Notes: a model not told the origin generated them from the sequence alone. A stretch of 63,675 nt of DNA, filler included, from Chiloscyllium plagiosum (GCF_004010195.1; 5 parts of one record of this genome joined end to end with filler, not necessarily neighbours in it); one strand, 5' to 3'. Counted from the whole stretch's first letter, positions 37,930-52,350 are shown. Program-made: numbers and translations.

Positions 37930-39250
37930 TTAGAATTGCACATAGTATTCCATCTATAGTCTAACTAATGTCTTATGAAGTTGTAACAAGACTTCCTTGC
38001 TCCTTTTTATATGCTCTGGCTAATGATAGCAAGCATCCCACTTGTCTTTCTTACGAGCCTGTCTACCTGCGCTGACACCTTCAGGGATCTATGAACTTGT
38101 ACACTAGTACAAGTTCTTCCTTGGCACTTGCCATTCATTGTGTAAATCATTTACTATTAGACTTCCCAAAGTGGATCACCTCACACTTATCAGAAGTAAA
38201 TTCCAACTGCCATTGCTGTCACCAATTTACCTGTTGATCAATATCAAACACTATCAACACCACCAGATTTCATGCCATCTTCCAACTTACTAATTATGCC
38301 TTCTACTTTCACATCCAAGTCATTAATGTACATAACCAGCAATACTGATCTCTATGATACACTAATGGTCACAGGCTTTGAATAACAAAACCATCCCTCC
38401 ACCATCAACATTTGCCTCCCATTTTCAAGCTATTTTGGATCCAGTTTGCCAACTTGTCCTGGATCCCTTGGGTTTTTACCTTTTGTATCAGCTTTTTATG
38501 TGGGACTTTCTCAGAGACCTTACTGAAGTCTAAATAAACCACATCAATTGCATTACCCTCATCAATATATTTAGTCACCTTTTCAAAAAAACTCAATTAA
38601 GTTAGTCAGATAGGATTGCCCTCCAACAAATCCACTCTTATTATTCCTGATTAAGTCCTGGTTTTCCGAGTGTTGATTAATCCTGTCCCTCAGAATTTTT
38701 TCCAATATTTTTCCTGTCACTGATGTCAAATTAACTTGTCTGTAATTACCTGGCCTATCACTGCTACCTTTCCGGAACAAAGGAACCACATTAGCTATTT
38801 TCTAGTTATCTGGCACTTTACCCATGGCCAGCAATGTATTAAACATTTCCACCTGCAGTCTTTTCCTTTGCTTCTCACAGCAGCTGAGGATACATCTCAT
38901 CAGGCTATGTTAACAGGCTCCAGAAACTCACCATCTCAACTGAAATCTCCAGTGCCATTATCTTTCTCCTCTGTGAATATTAATAAAAAATATTCATCTC
39001 AGTTCTCACCCTCTCATCACTCCACACAAAGACTGCACCTTTGGTTCCGCTCTTGCCCTGGCAATCCTCTTGCTCTTAATTAATATACTTATAAAATGTC
39101 TTGCGATATTCCGTAATCCTATTTGTCAAAGGTATTTTGTGAGCCTTCTTCACCCTTCCTCTTCACCCTTCCCAATTTCTTTTTAAACGCCCCACTACAC
39201 TCTTGATACTCCTGAAAGACCTCCTCTACTTTTCATGATTTATATCTAAC
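37930..39250 (-). mobile_element. CR1-type LINE RT fragment
   Basis: VPLFRKG..PGNYRQVNLTSV, VYLDFSK..KVPH. Confidence 0.8.
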
Positions 39251-39834
39251 ATAGTTAAAAGACAAAAACTGCAGCTACTGGAATCAAAAGTACACAAGCA
39301 GGAAGCTGGAAAAACACATCAAGTCATGCAACATCATGTGTTGAAGTTGACATTTCAGGTATAATCCTTTTTCAGGAATGGAGCCATGGGTGACTTTCTT
39401 AATGAGTACTTTGCATCAGTATTCACCGAGGAGAGGGACAAGATGGATGTTCAGCTTAGGGATAGATGTTTGATAACTCTAGGTCAAAATGGCATAAGGA
39501 TGGAGGAAGTGTTGAGTATTCTAAAAGGCATTAAGGTGGACAGGTCCCCAGGTCTGGTTGAGATCTATCCCAGGTTACTGATGGGAGTGAAGAGGAAATA
39601 CCTGGGGCCTTTAACAGATATCTTTGCAGCATCCTTGAACACAGGTGAGGTCCTGGAGGCCTGGAGAATTGCCAATGTTGTCCCCTTGTTTAAGAAGGGT
39701 AGCAGGGATAATCCAGGTAATTATAGACTGGTGAGTCTGACTTCAGTGCTAGTGAAGCTGCTACAGAAGTTATTGAGGGATAGGATGCATTCCCATTTGG
39801 AAAACATTGGGCTTACCAGTGATAGGCAACATGA

Positions 39835-40312
39835 TAGGCAACAAAAGCTAGCCACCATGATACATGAACATTAAGTAGTCACAAAAAGACATGACCGACT
39901 CTTACTAGTATCCTTACATACGGGTGAGGAAGGACACCACTTCAACTGGGACAACACATCCATCCTAGGACAAGCCAAGCAGAGACATGCATGAAAATTC
40001 GTAGAAACAAAGTTCTGGTTTGAATGCTATTAACAACCACATTGACTTGGATCTAATTTACCACCCCCTGAGAAAAAGAACAGGAATGACATCACCATAT
40101 GAAACGATGTCACCACAGGAAATGACATTATCAACCCAAGGAAACCCTAACATATAAATAGAAATCAGGCTACACCACCAGTGCTTCATCCGGAGGGTCA
40201 CTGATGATGTTACTAGTATGGTGACAAAATGTTTGAAAACGAACCTTCCAGCTCAGCGAGCAAATCTACATCCAGAACTTCAACCTAAGCTACAAATTTT
40301 CTCAAAACTCAT
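39835..40312 (+). mobile_element. PLE family A-related 3' fragment
   Basis: KLATMIHEH, GHHFNWDNTSILGQAKQR GIY-YIG segment; decayed CTGATGA core at 40201; TAGGCAACA repeated at both flanks. Confidence 0.75.
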
Positions 40313-42273
40313 TAGGCAACATGGTTTTGTGTAGTGAAAGTCATGTCTTACCAACTTAATAGAATTCTTTGAGGAAGTGACAAAGTTGATTGATGAGGGA
40401 AGGGCTGTAGATGTCATATACATGGACTTCAGTAAGGCATTTGTTAAGGTTCCCCATGGTACACTGATGGAGAAGGTGGTGAAGTTGCATGGGGTCCAGG
40501 GTGTACTAGCTAGATGGATGGAGAACTGGCTAGGCAACAGGAGACAGAGTAGTAGTGGAAGGGAGTTTCTCAAAATGGAGAACTGTGACCAGTGGTGTTC
40601 TACAGGCATAGAACAAAGAACATTACAGTGCAGTACAGGACCATCAGCCCTCGATGTTGTACTAACCTGAAACCAATCTGAAGCCCGTCTAACCTACACT
40701 ATTCCATTCTCGTCTATATGCTTGTCCAGTAACCAAAATTAGTGAGTCAATGCATTCCACACCCCTACTACTGTCTGAGTAAAGAAACTACCTCTGACAT
40801 CTGTCCTATATCAATCACCCTTCAATATAAAGCTATATCCCCTTGTGCTAGCCATCACCATCTGAGGAAAAAGGCTCTCACTGTCCAATCTATCTAACCC
40901 TCTGATTATCTTGTATGTCTTAATTAAGTTAACTCTCAAACTTCTTCTCTCTAACGAAAGCAGCCTCAAATCCATCAGCCTTTTCTCTTAAGATCTTCCC
41001 TCCATACAAGGTAGCATTCTAGTAAATCTCTTCTGAACCCTTTCCAAAGCTTCCACGTCTTTTCTATAATGCCAGAACTGTATGCAATACTCTAAGTGCA
41101 GTCACACCAGAGTTTTGTACAGCTGCAGAATGACCTCATGTTTTTGAAAATCAAACACCCTACCAATGAAAGCTAACACACCATATGCCTTCTTAACAAC
41201 CCTACCAACGTGGGTGGCAACTTACAAGGATCTATGTACCTGGACACAAAGATCTCTCTGCTCATCTCTCTTACCATTAGCCCAGTAGTCTGTATTCCTG
41301 TTACTCCTTCCATAGTGAATCACCTCACACTTTTCCATATTAAACTCCATTTGCCACCTCTCAGCCCAGCTCTGCAGCTTATCTATGTCCCTCTAACCTA
41401 CAACATCCTTCATCACTCTCCACAACTCTACTGACCTTAGTGTCATCCGCAAATTTACTAACCCATCATTCTATGCCCTCATCCAGATCATTTATAAAAA
41501 TGACAAACTGCAGTGGACCCAAAACAGTTCCTTGCAGTACACCAGTAGTAACTGAGCTCCAGGATGAATATTTTCCATCAACTACCACATCCTGTTTTCT
41601 TTCAGCTAGCCAATTTCTGATCCGTGCTGGGACCACTGTTGTTTGTGATATACATAAATGATTTGGCGGAAGGTGTAGGTGGACTGATTAGCAAGTTTGC
41701 AGATGATACTAAGATCGGTGGAGTAGCAGATAGTGAAAGGGACTGTCAGAGAATACAGCAGAATATAGGTAGATTGGAGAGTTGGGCAGAGAAATGGCAG
41801 ATGGAGTTTAATCTGGACAAATGTGAGGTGATGCAAATTTCAAGATCAAACTACACAGTATATGGAAAAGTCTTGGGGAAAATTGATATCCAGAGAGATT
41901 TGGATGTTCAGGTTCATTGTTCCCTGAAGATGGCAATGCAGGTCAATAGAGTGGTCAAGAAGGCATAGACATGCTTTCTTTCATCGGATGGGGTATTGAG
42001 TACAAGAGTTGGCAGGTCATGTCACAGTTGTATAAGAATTTGATTCAGCCACTGCTTACAGTTCTGGTCACTACATTACCAAAAGAATGTGGATGCTTTG
42101 GATAGGGTGTAGAGGAGGTTCACCAGGATGTTGCCTGGTATGGAGTGCTAGCTATGAATAGGGGTTGAGTAGATGAGGATTATTTTCAGTAGAAAGACGG
42201 AGGTTGAAGGGGGACTTGATTGACGTCTACAAACTCATGAGTGGGATAGACAGGGTGTAAAGCAAGAAGCTTT

Positions 42274-42499
42274 CTTTAGATTAGAGTGGTGCTGGAAAAG
42301 CACAGCAGTTCAGGCAGCATCCGAGGAGCAGTAAAATCGACGTTTCGGGCAAAAGCCCTCCATTCCTGATGAAGTGCTTTTGCCCGAAACATAGATTTTA
42401 CTGCTCCTCGGATGCTGCCTGAACTGCTGTGCTTTTCCAGCACCACTCTAATCTAAACTCTGGTTTCCAACATCTGCAGTCATTGTTTTTACCTAGTAT
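42274..42499. mobile_element. Fold-back PLE (family B)
   Basis: Inverted arms; 13-bp TSD AGCAAGAAGCTTT at 42261-42273 and 42500-42512. Confidence 0.85.
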
Positions 42500-43059
42500 A
42501 GCAAGAAGCTTTTTCCCAGAATGGGGGATTCAATTACTAAGAGGTCGTGAGTTCAAAGTGAGAGGGGAAAAATTTAGGGGCCATATGGGTGAAAAGTTCT
42601 TTACGCAGAGGGTGGTGGGTGCCTGAAACGTGTTGCCAGCAGAGGTGGTAGAGGCGGGCGTGATGGCGTCATTTAAGATGTATCTAGACCGATACATGAA
42701 CAGACAGGGAGCATAAGGATACAGATCCTTGGAAAATAGTCGACAGATTTAGATGGTGGATCTGGATCGGCACTGGCTTGGAGGCTGAAGGGCATGTTAC
42801 TGTGCTGTTCTTTGTTCCCTATTTCCAGACGGATATTTTACATACTGGCACAAAAAGCTGTACTGGATGCACTTTAACAACTCCATTCCTTTCTAATCCT
42901 TTCACATGAAGACAATCCTATTTAACATTTACAAAATTTAAAGTCCTACAACTAAAACCTTCTCTTGTACCTCTGATTTCCCATGTATCTGCTCTGTCTC
43001 CCTCTGACTGTTGGGAGGTCTGTAGTATAATCCCAGCAAAGCAATTGCCCTCTTATTTC

Positions 43060-43520
43060 CAGATTCTGGATTAGTGGTGCTGGAAGAGCCTAGCAGTTCA
43101 GGCAGCATCCGACGAGCAGCGAAATCGACGTTTCGGACAAAGCCCTTCATCAGGAATAAAGGCAGAGAGCCTGAAGAGTGGAGAGATAAGCTAGAGGAGG
43201 GTGGGCGTGGGGAGAAAGTAGCATAGAGTACAATAGGTGAGTGGGAGAGGGGATGAAGGTGATAGGTCAGGGAGGAGAGGGTGGAGTGGATAGGTGGAAA
43301 AGGAGATAGGCAGGTAGGACAAGTCTGGACAAGTCATGGGGACAGTGCTGAGCTGGAAGTTTGGAACTAGGGCGAGGTGGGGGAAGGGGAAATGAGGAAA
43401 CTGTTGAAGTGTTCCGAGGCAGAAGATGAGGCATTCTTCCTCCAGGCATCTGGTGGTGAGGGAGCGGCGGTGGAGGAGGCCCAGGACCTCCATGTCCCTG
43501 GCAGAGTGGGAGGGGGAGTT
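43060..43520 (-). mobile_element. PLE family B 3' end
   Basis: MEVLGLLHR..RCLEEECLIFCLGT GIY-YIG end; hammerhead motif ~43127-43154. Confidence 0.8.
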
Positions 43521-44569
43521 NNNNNNNNNNNNNNNNNNNNNNNNNNNNNNNNNNNNNNNNNNNNTTAATTAATTAANNNNNNNNNNNNNNNNNNNNNNNN
43601 NNNNNNNNNNNNNNNNNNNNGGGGACAGAGGTCGGCGTGGGGGCGGAGTTGGACATGGTGATGGAGACCGGCGGGGGGGCGGGGTTAGGCGCGGTGACGG
43701 AACTCGGCCGGGTCAGAAAATATAATCTTGTGCCAAGTATTAGGGCTCAACCGAGTGTAAAAACATAGCAGTTAAAACTTCAAATACCTAACTCTGGAAT
43801 TAAGACTATTGGTGGAAGCCTTTATAGAAAGACTGAAATGTCTATCTTTTTAGATTTATTTCTTACTTGCCCAGCTTGCATCAATTAAATCTGTTGTGAG
43901 GTATAACATTTGTTTTCTTCATTTTGTCTAGTTTTGCATCTAAGATTGATACCTTGGTACTTTTACCTAAGATGGCACTGTGTGGTGGCGGCACTGTACA
44001 TCTGTTCTTTTGTAACTTGAGTATACATGACAATAAACCTAATTCTAATTCTACACAATGGTACAAAACACAATTAGAACATCACAACATGAACTTTCAC
44101 TCCTGGTGGATCAACCAATTTCATAAATGGACAACTCATCAAGTGCTTTACAGCCAGAAAATTGTCAACATTCCACACAAATGAGAAGAGGTAAAACTGC
44201 TGTGAGCTCATATTCAAAACATGTTCATTAGAATCATAAGATAGCACTTCAGATTAAAATAATCAAATTAGGGAGTGAAAATAGCAACAGCCAGAATTAA
44301 CAGCTTAGTCAGTGTTTGAACGGTTGTTTTTGGTGGAGATTTTCATTAAAAGATAACAGAAGCAAAAGCCTGTCTTTACAGATACTGACTGGCTGACTGT
44401 TGCATGTCTATCACTTGCTGCTTCATGACAATTTGGCGAGGTTTTCCACTCAAGGTTTGTGCATCCAGTCCTGCTGCAATGCTGCTCTGGTACTGGAGGT
44501 ATGACAGAGATTGCCTGCCAGCTTTAGACTATTCAGAACACTTGCTTTATTCTCATATGTGACAGATGG

Positions 44570-45100
44570 TGTTCAACTCTATTTGGAGCACTGTTAGCGG
44601 ATCTAGACACCACACCTTGCGAAGGATATACATGTCTTGGAGGGAGTACAATGTAGGTTTATAAGGATGATACCTGGACTTTAGCGGTTCGGTTATGAGG
44701 AGAGATTGCACAACTTAGGCTCGTTTCTGCCAAAATTTACAAGGTTTGGGGGTTATCGGATCAAAATCTTCAAAATATCAACAGGAAAACATAGGGTAAG
44801 TAAGGATAACTTATTTCCACTGGTTGGAGATTCTAGAAGCAAGGAGCATAGATTAAGAATTAGGACCAGGCAGTTCAGGACAAATGCTAGTACTTGCACA
44901 CACAAATGATGATAAATATTCAAAACTTTTCCACAGACAGCAGTGGACGCTAGATCAGTTGTTAATTTTAGATCAGAGGTAGACATGTTTTATGAAGCAA
45001 AGGGATATGGGCCAAAGGCAGATACATGGAGTTGGTCACAGATCTGTCATGACTTTGTTGACTAGTGAAACAGACTTCAGGAGCTGAATGGCCAATGTTG
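44570..45100 (+). mobile_element. CR1-type LINE 3' end, old
   Basis: LFPLVGDSRSKEHRLRIR motif. Confidence 0.65.
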
Positions 45101-45106
45101 TTATCC

Positions 45107-45240
45107 AGGCGAAAGTGAGGATTGCAGGTGCTGGAAATCAGAGTCAAGATTAGAGTGGTGCTGGAAAAGCACAGCAGGTCAGGCAGCATCCGAGGAGCAG
45201 GAAAATCGACGTTTCGGGCAAAAGCCCTTCATCAGGAATG
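45107..45240 (-). mobile_element. PLE family B terminal repeat with intact hammerhead core (45208-45235)
   Basis: Minus CTGATGA-A-GGGC(TTTT)GCCC-GAAA-CGTC; flanks AATGTT(G/C)TTATCC. Confidence 0.85.
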
Positions 45241-45944
45241 TTCTTATCCCCACCTCTGTCCTAGTCCAAAGCTCAGGGTGAGTGATTCACATGGGAAGAC
45301 AGAAACACAGAGCATGGAATGGTTAATTCCAAAAAATGGAACTAAACTGAACAGACAGTTCACATTCTTAAACTTCATCTAAATTGCACATTTTGATAAC
45401 TTCACTTTGGAATGTTCATGTAGCATGCCATAATCTTCCTCCAGAAATTGGTCCATAACACCATAATTGGAAAACCAATCATGGGGTGATAGAGTAGAGT
45501 AATTGGTTGTAGAAAACAATAGCACTGATAAAACAAAATTGGCAGACAGTTTATTTGTCACTACTGGCCCTCTTATTAACGAAACTCCTTTGATCATGAT
45601 AATCACTAATGATAAGGTCTTGACGGGATCAATGTTTCCTCTTGTGGAGAATCTAGAACTTGAGGTCACTGTTTCAGAATCAGAAGACACCCAATTGATT
45701 CAGAGACAAGGGAAGAAAAAAGAAATCTGCGAGGGTCATCTTTGGAATTGCCTTCAGAAAAAAATGTTTGCGGGAGTCAAGATTTTGAATATTTCTCAGA
45801 CAGAAGTTGGCAGATTCTCAAAAAACAAGATGGGGGGGGGTGAAAGATTATTGAGGTAAGAGGGATTGTGAAGAAGTCTAAGCAGCTATGATCTTTTGAG
45901 TCTTCGAGCAGGCTTGAAGGACCAAGTGGCCTGCTCCTGATCCT

Positions 45945-46200
45945 TGCAAGGATCCTCTATCACCAGACCATGACCACACGATGCCTGGAGGAAGAGTGCT
46001 TCATCTTCCGCCTAGGAACCCTCCAACCACATGGGATGAATGTAGATTTCTCCAGCTTCCTCATTTCCCCTCCCCCCGCCTTATCTCAGTCCCAACCCCC
46101 AGATTCAGCACCGGCCTCTTGACCTGAAATCTTGTCGATTCTCCTGCTCCTCGGATGCTGCCTAGCCTGCTGTGTTTTTCCAGCACCACATTTTTCAACT
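45945..46200 (+). mobile_element. PLE family B 3' fragment with internal deletion removing the hammerhead
   Basis: LEEECFIFRLGTLQPHGMN; 14-bp TSD CTGCTCCTGATCCT at 45931-45944 and 46201-46214. Confidence 0.75.
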
Positions 46201-46276
46201 CTGCTCCTGATCCTACCAGGAAACTGAGCATGGAGCTAAAATTTGCAACACTATCAGAAAATCCATGTCTAATTGA

Positions 46277-46610
46277 AAATGTGCAACTGTCAGCACGGGC
46301 GGCACGGTGGCACAGTGGTTAGCACTGTTGCCTCGCAGCGCCAGAGACCCGGGATCAATTCCCGCCTCAGGCGACTGACTGTGTGGAGTTTGCACGTTCT
46401 CCCCGTGTCTGCGTGGGTTTCCTCCGGGTGCTCCGGTTTCCTCCCACAGTCACAAAGATGTGCAGGGTCAGCTAAATTGGCCATACTAAATTGCCCATAG
46501 TGTTAGGTAAGGGGTAAATGTAGGGGTATGGGTGGGTTCGCTTCGGCGGGTCGGTGTGGACTTGTTGGGCCGAAGGGCTTGTTTCCACACTGCAATGTAA
46601 TCTAATCTAA
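46277..46610 (+). mobile_element. HE1-type SINE, full length
   Basis: tRNA head, body, TAATC tail. Confidence 0.9.
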
Positions 46611-46849
46611 AATGTCACCATTTTATTTTTAAACTGACAATCTATTCATAGCTTTGTAATCTCTCAATTTAACAAAATTAAAAGGTGAAAATGTTGTAAA
46701 GGTCATATAAGTTACATATTGAGGTGCCTTTTAAACACATTGAGGGCTTTTACCTTCACCATCAAACAAGCGGTGAGTTCCAGACACCCAAAACTGTTTG
46801 CACTGTAGATCTTGAAACTGATAGCTTAAGGGATAAACGCATGGCATAG

Positions 46850-47502
46850 TCATACAATCATAACATTATACAATACAGAAGAGTCCCTTTGGCCCATCAA
46901 GTCTGTAGTGTTAAAAATACATTCCTACCCACACTAGACCCGTAGCCTTAAATGTCATGACATCTCAAGTGTTCATACAATTACTTTTTAAATGTTGTGA
47001 GGTTTCCCACCTCAACTACCCCATCAGGGAGTGCATTCCATATCCCACCACCTTCTGGGTGAAAAAAAGCTTTTCATCAACTCCCCTCTTCACCTATTGC
47101 CTTCTACATTAAAATTATGACCCATTGTTATTGACCCTTCAACCAAGGGGAACAGTTGTAATCAGTTTACTCTGCCTAAGCCCTTCATAATCTTGTACAT
47201 GTCTATCAGGACCCCCATCAACCTACTCTGCTCGAAAGAAAACAGTCTGAACCTCCCAATTCCTATATTAAATTCTCTGACCAATAAAGGAAAGCATACC
47301 GAAGACCTTCTTCACTATCCTATCTCTCTGCGACTCGACTTTCAAGGAGCTATGAACCGGCACTCCAAGGTCTCTTTGTTCAGCAATACTCCCTAGGACT
47401 TTACCATTAAGTGCATAAGTCCTGCTAAGATTTGCTTTCCCAAAATGCAACACCTCACATTTATCTAAATCAACCTCCCATCTGCTACTCCTCAGCCCAT
47501 TG
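46850..47502 (-). mobile_element. CR1-type LINE fragments
   Basis: MLHFGKAN..EQRDLGVPVH. Confidence 0.7.
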
Positions 47503-50500
47503 GCGTAAAGTAAATACTTGTAACATGAGACTCTAATGAAATAATCTGATGTTCTTGTCCATAAGTCTTTCCAGAAATGTCAAAGGACACACAATCAGTA
47601 TACACAATCATCTCTGATGCAGTGTTTACACAGTAAACATTAAAATGTTGTAAGGGCAGTACCAAACTCAGTAACTCTTTTGCAACGGTTGAATTTTTTT
47701 TTCTGGTCGATATTGAAGTTCTTTTTGAAAAATAACCAATTGGTCTTTCAATTCCACAATCATCCTCCTGTAACAACACAGCTCCAACACCTACATCGCT
47801 TGCATTGATGGCGACTTTGAAGGGTTTCAAAAAAATTTGGTGTGACTAAAACTTGGGCAGTGGTTGACACTGCTTTTAAATTCTCAAATACCTCCTGGCA
47901 CTGTTCTGTTCACTGAAATTTTGTGTTCTTTTTTAACAAATCTGTCAATGGTGCCACTACACTATTAAAATTTGGTACAAATTTCCTGTAGAATCCACTC
48001 AATCATAAAAATCGTAGCACTGCCTACCTTGAGGGTGAATTTGGGAATTGCTCCATGGCCTTTATCTTCACGTTCCTCAGTGTCTTTGCCAAGTTTATGA
48101 TCAATTTTGTCTTTTGTAGTCTTTCAAAGTGCTCTGCCAGATGTTCCATGTGATCTTTCCATGAATGGCTAAAGATCAGTAAGTCATCTATGTCGACAGC
48201 ACAATTAGTCAATCCTGCACAAACTCGGATCATAAGCCTTTCAAAAGTGGAATATATGTTTTGCATTCCAAAGGGCATTACTTTAAATTAATATAGCCCA
48301 TTTGGGGTTACAAAAGTAGAAACGTCTTTTGCTCCCTCTGACAAAGGTATTTGCCAGTGACCACGAAGTCCAAATTTGTGATGGAAGTGGCTTGCCATAC
48401 ATTTTCCACACAATCCTCCAGCCTTGGAATTGGGGATGAGTCAGATTTCATTAAAGCATTGACCTTCTGATAATCTATGGGAACTAGCAAGATCCACTCG
48501 CTTTGCCTCATCTGTACGACGCCGCTTTCAAACATCGCTTCCCTTCTTTCTGAATCAGCGCTGCTTTGAGAGGATGAAGCTTGTAAGAGTGTTGTTTTAT
48601 TGGAACAGCATTCCCTATGTCAACCTCATGTACTCTGGCAGTAGTCCTTCCCATTCTATTTCTGCATAGGTCATCATAATACTGTAACAAGTCTTTCAAT
48701 TCAATTCTCTGTTCTGGGGCAGATAGCTCACTACCCTTTCCTATGCCATAAGCACTTCCTCATTATTCAATTAATTCTGAGGTGCATCAAAATCCAAATC
48801 ATCTGGATTTGATTCCTCACTTTGAGTTGCAGTAACTAGTGCCTGTTTCTCAGGTTTTGGATGAGAGTGGTGCTAGAAAAGCACAGCAGTTCAAGCAGCA
48901 TCCGAGGAGCAGGAAAATCGACATTTCGGGCAAAAGCCCTTCATCAGGAATACTGTATGCTGCCTGAACTGCTGTGCTTTTCCAGCACCACTCTCATCCA
49001 GAATCTGGTTTCCAACATCTGCAGGCATTGTTTTTAACCTGTTTCTCAGGTTCCCTTTCTCTGTCATAATAGAGTTTCAGCATGTTCACACAACATGCCC
49101 AATTTTTTTCCTAGCTGGCATTTTTACCAAATAATTCACCTGACTTAACTTCTTCTCATTCTGATAGGGACCACTAAACCTTGTTTTGAAGGGCTCTCCT
49201 ACCACTGGTAACTGCACCAATACTTTATCCCCTTGGGCAAACGTACAAACTTTAGATTTCCTATCTGCTTCTTGCTTCATTAAGCACTTTACAGCCTTCA
49301 AATGTTATCTAGCTAATTCAACTATGCTGTTTAATCTTTCTCTCACCTCAGGTACATAATCCAACTGTGAGATCTCTGATTTTCAAACTTAATTAATTTT
49401 AAAAGGCCTTCTTACTTTACGTCTGTATATCAATTCAAATGGAATAAACTGCATTGATTCATTTGGAGCATCTCTAAAAGCAAATAATATAAATGGGAAT
49501 GCCTTTATCCCAATAATTTGGGTAATCCTGGAAAGAAGCCCTCAATATTGCCTTTAGGGTCTGATGCAACCTTTCCAAAGCTCCCTGCAATTCAGGATAG
49601 TACATACTTGATTTAAAGTGTGTGATGCTTAAACTATCCATGACCGCCTAAAACAACTTGGCAGTAAAGCTGGACTCTTGGTCTAATTGAATCTCCTTGG
49701 GAGATTCATAATGGGTAAATTAAGCAAGTAACTCTTCCACAACCTTTCTTGCCTTAACATTTCATAATGGAATTGCCTCCGGGAACCTGGTAGACATATC
49801 CATTACAGTTAGCAATTGCTGGTTCCTGATTTTGGTTTTAGGTAGGGGTCCTACACAATCAATTATAATCCATGTAAAAGGAATGCAGGAATTGGCATCA
49901 TAGGTTTTATCACTACTGTGGCTTTCCTACCATCTGACACGTATGACAGGTATGGCAAAATTCAACCTTTATGCATTTCAGGCCAATAGAGATGCTTGTG
50001 TTTCTTAGCCCAAGTCTTCCTCAATCCTAGATGACCTCGTCCAGATAATTTGTGTGCTACCCGCAATACTTCCTGTCTGTATTCTATCAGCAACACAATC
50101 TGGTGAACTTCCATCCATTTCTCATCCACACTAACCTGCCAATATCTCCATTTCCACCTTAAGATTTTATCTTTAAGGTAATGGCATTCCGAAATCCACT
50201 CAGATCAATTTTCCAAGTAGGCTTTATGATATAAATCCTTTATTGCCCCTTCTTTTTGTTGTAACTATTAATCTTTCAGAACTAAACACCTCTGCTTAAT
50301 GAGATGGTAAAGGAAAAATGATACAGGTAGAGGATCGGGCACAGTGTCAGCTAACTGGATCTCAACTCCTTCATTTTTCTCTTTTGTTTTCCCTTCTTGT
50401 TTTAACTTACGGTTGTGGGATCTTGTCACCATACAGTCCATAAAAAATTCCAGGGTATCTTTCTTTTAACTCCCGAGTTCCCTGGTTTTCTTTTGGCTTT

Positions 50501-51545
50501 TCCATTACAATAGCCATCCCTTCCATCTGTGATCCAGTATATTGTTTCCAAAAATAAATTGTATTTCTGAAATAGCCAAGTTTTCCATCACTCCCGTCTT
50601 GAATGGACTTTCTAGCCTTATCTTACTCAGGGAACACTGCTTCCACTCTCCATTTATCCAACAGATTACCACTCTCTCAGGCAATATTTTAGAAGTGGTG
50701 CAAATATTTTCATCTCTTACTATTAGAGACAATCTAGCTCCCATATCGCTCAATATGTTAACTTCTTTACCTACTCTCCCTGTTCTACCTGAGTAAATCT
50801 TGCCTACACAGGTGAAGGTTTTGAAAAGATCAGGTATTATATTACTTTCCAGCACATGACTAGGCTGTGCACTGTCCTGCAACTCCTTGACTTCTCCTGG
50901 GATTTCCTTCACTGCCTTAATTAATCCTACTGGTTTATCCTCTTTTACCACATTGTTTTTCCCAGTGCCTTTCTTAAACCACCAGCACTGTGACTTTGCA
51001 CGTCCTATATCATTGCAGTGAAAACACTTGACATCTTTCACCTTTTTCCCAATGCCTTTCTTAAACCATCAGCACTGTGACCCCGTATTATTGCACTGAA
51101 AACACGAGGTTTTTCACCTCTTTTCCACCCTCATGGGTTTCTTTTTTCACATGTGGCAGACTGTTCCCAGTGAGATCTACTTTTTGTATTTTTTTTCATT
51201 GAAGGATCTTCCTTTTTCCAATTTCTATCTCTCATGGATGAAATTGCGTCCATTTCAATTTATGCACTAATGTGTACTCATTCATCATCTCTGCCACTCA
51301 TCTCGCTGTTTTAACTTCCTGTTCCTTATCACTCTGGACGTGAGTTTTTAAACTCCTCCAGCAGAAGAATATCTCTAAGGGCCTCATGACTTTTCTATCT
51401 TTAATGCTGTCATCCATCTATTGAAGTTACTCTATTTAATTCTTTCAAACTCGATACAAGTCTGATCTGGTACCTTTCTGACAGTTCTGAACTATTGTCT
51501 AGTCTATGTAACAATTCACAGATACTCAAAATAACCTTTTTTTAC
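47503..51545 (-). mobile_element. Gmr1-type Gypsy internal region (gag-PR-INT-RT-RH), decayed, LTRs not seen
   Basis: CFHCNDIGRAKSQC knuckle, ILSDMGA protease, integrase ~50200-49090, RT IDYQKVN/MPFGMQN/DIDDL, RNase H KVAINASDVGVGAVLLQ. Confidence 0.85.
48857..49037. mobile_element. Fold-back PLE (family B)
   Basis: Inverted arms; 15-bp TSD CCTGTTTCTCAGGTT at 48842-48856 and 49038-49052. Confidence 0.85.
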
Positions 51546-51548
51546 TTA

Positions 51549-51731
51549 GAACATAGAACATAGAACAATACAGCACAGAACAGGCCCTTCGGCCCACGAT
51601 GTTGTGCCGAACATTTGTCCGGGCTTAAGCACCCATCCATGTACCTATCCAATTGCCGCTTAAAGGTCACCAAAGATTCTGACTCTACCACTCCCACAGG
51701 CAGCGAATTCCTGCACCCACCACTCTCTGGG
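51549..51731 (-). mobile_element. CR1 3' tail
   Basis: Near reverse complement of 3010-3190. Confidence 0.8.
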
Positions 51732-51972
51732 TTATCTTATGACTGTGACTAATTTACACTCTGATAAACGAGAAAAGATCAAAATAAATGATAAAAGTGC
51801 AAACTTATAAGAGCTTATGCAAGTATGGATTTGAAACAGGACATTGGAAGGTAATGATGATGATGTGACATGNNNNNNNNNNNNNNNNNNNNNNNNNNNN
51901 NNNNNNNNNNNNNNNNTTAATTAATTAANNNNNNNNNNNNNNNNNNNNNNNNNNNNNNNNNNNNNNNNNNNN

Positions 51973-52350
51973 GCTGTTTTCATTGGAGAAAATAAGGTTT
52001 AGGGGTGACTTGATAGAGGTGTACAAGATGATTAGGGGTTTAGATAGGGTTGACCATGAGAACCTTTTTCCACGTATGGAGTCAGCTATTAGGAGGGGGC
52101 ATAGCTTTAAATTAAGGGGTGGTAGGTATAGGACAGATGTTAGGGGTAGATTCTTTACTCAGCGAGTCGTGAGTTCATGGAATGCCCTGCCAGTAGCAGT
52201 GGTGGACTCTCCCTCTTTATGGGCATTTAAACGGGCATTGGATAGGCATATGGAGGATAGTGGGCTCGTGTAGGTTAGGTGGGCTTGGATCAGTGCAACA
52301 TCAAGGGCCAAAGGGCCTGTATTGCGCTGTATTTTTCTATGTTCTATGTT
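51973..52350 (+). mobile_element. CR1-type LINE 3' end
   Basis: RGDLIEVYKMIRG..FFTQRVVSSWNALP, TTCTATG tail. Confidence 0.85.

Larger units (their letters stand above)
39378..42815 (+). mobile_element. CR1-type LINE ORF2 to 3' end with nested PLEs and an antisense CR1 (40608-41620)
   Basis: [55 protein letters not shown]. Confidence 0.85.

Noticed and set aside
46277..46372. tRNA gene-like A and B boxes (also 10678, 24400, 30011, 57578)
   Set aside because: These are HE1 SINE heads continuing into SINE body, not tRNA genes
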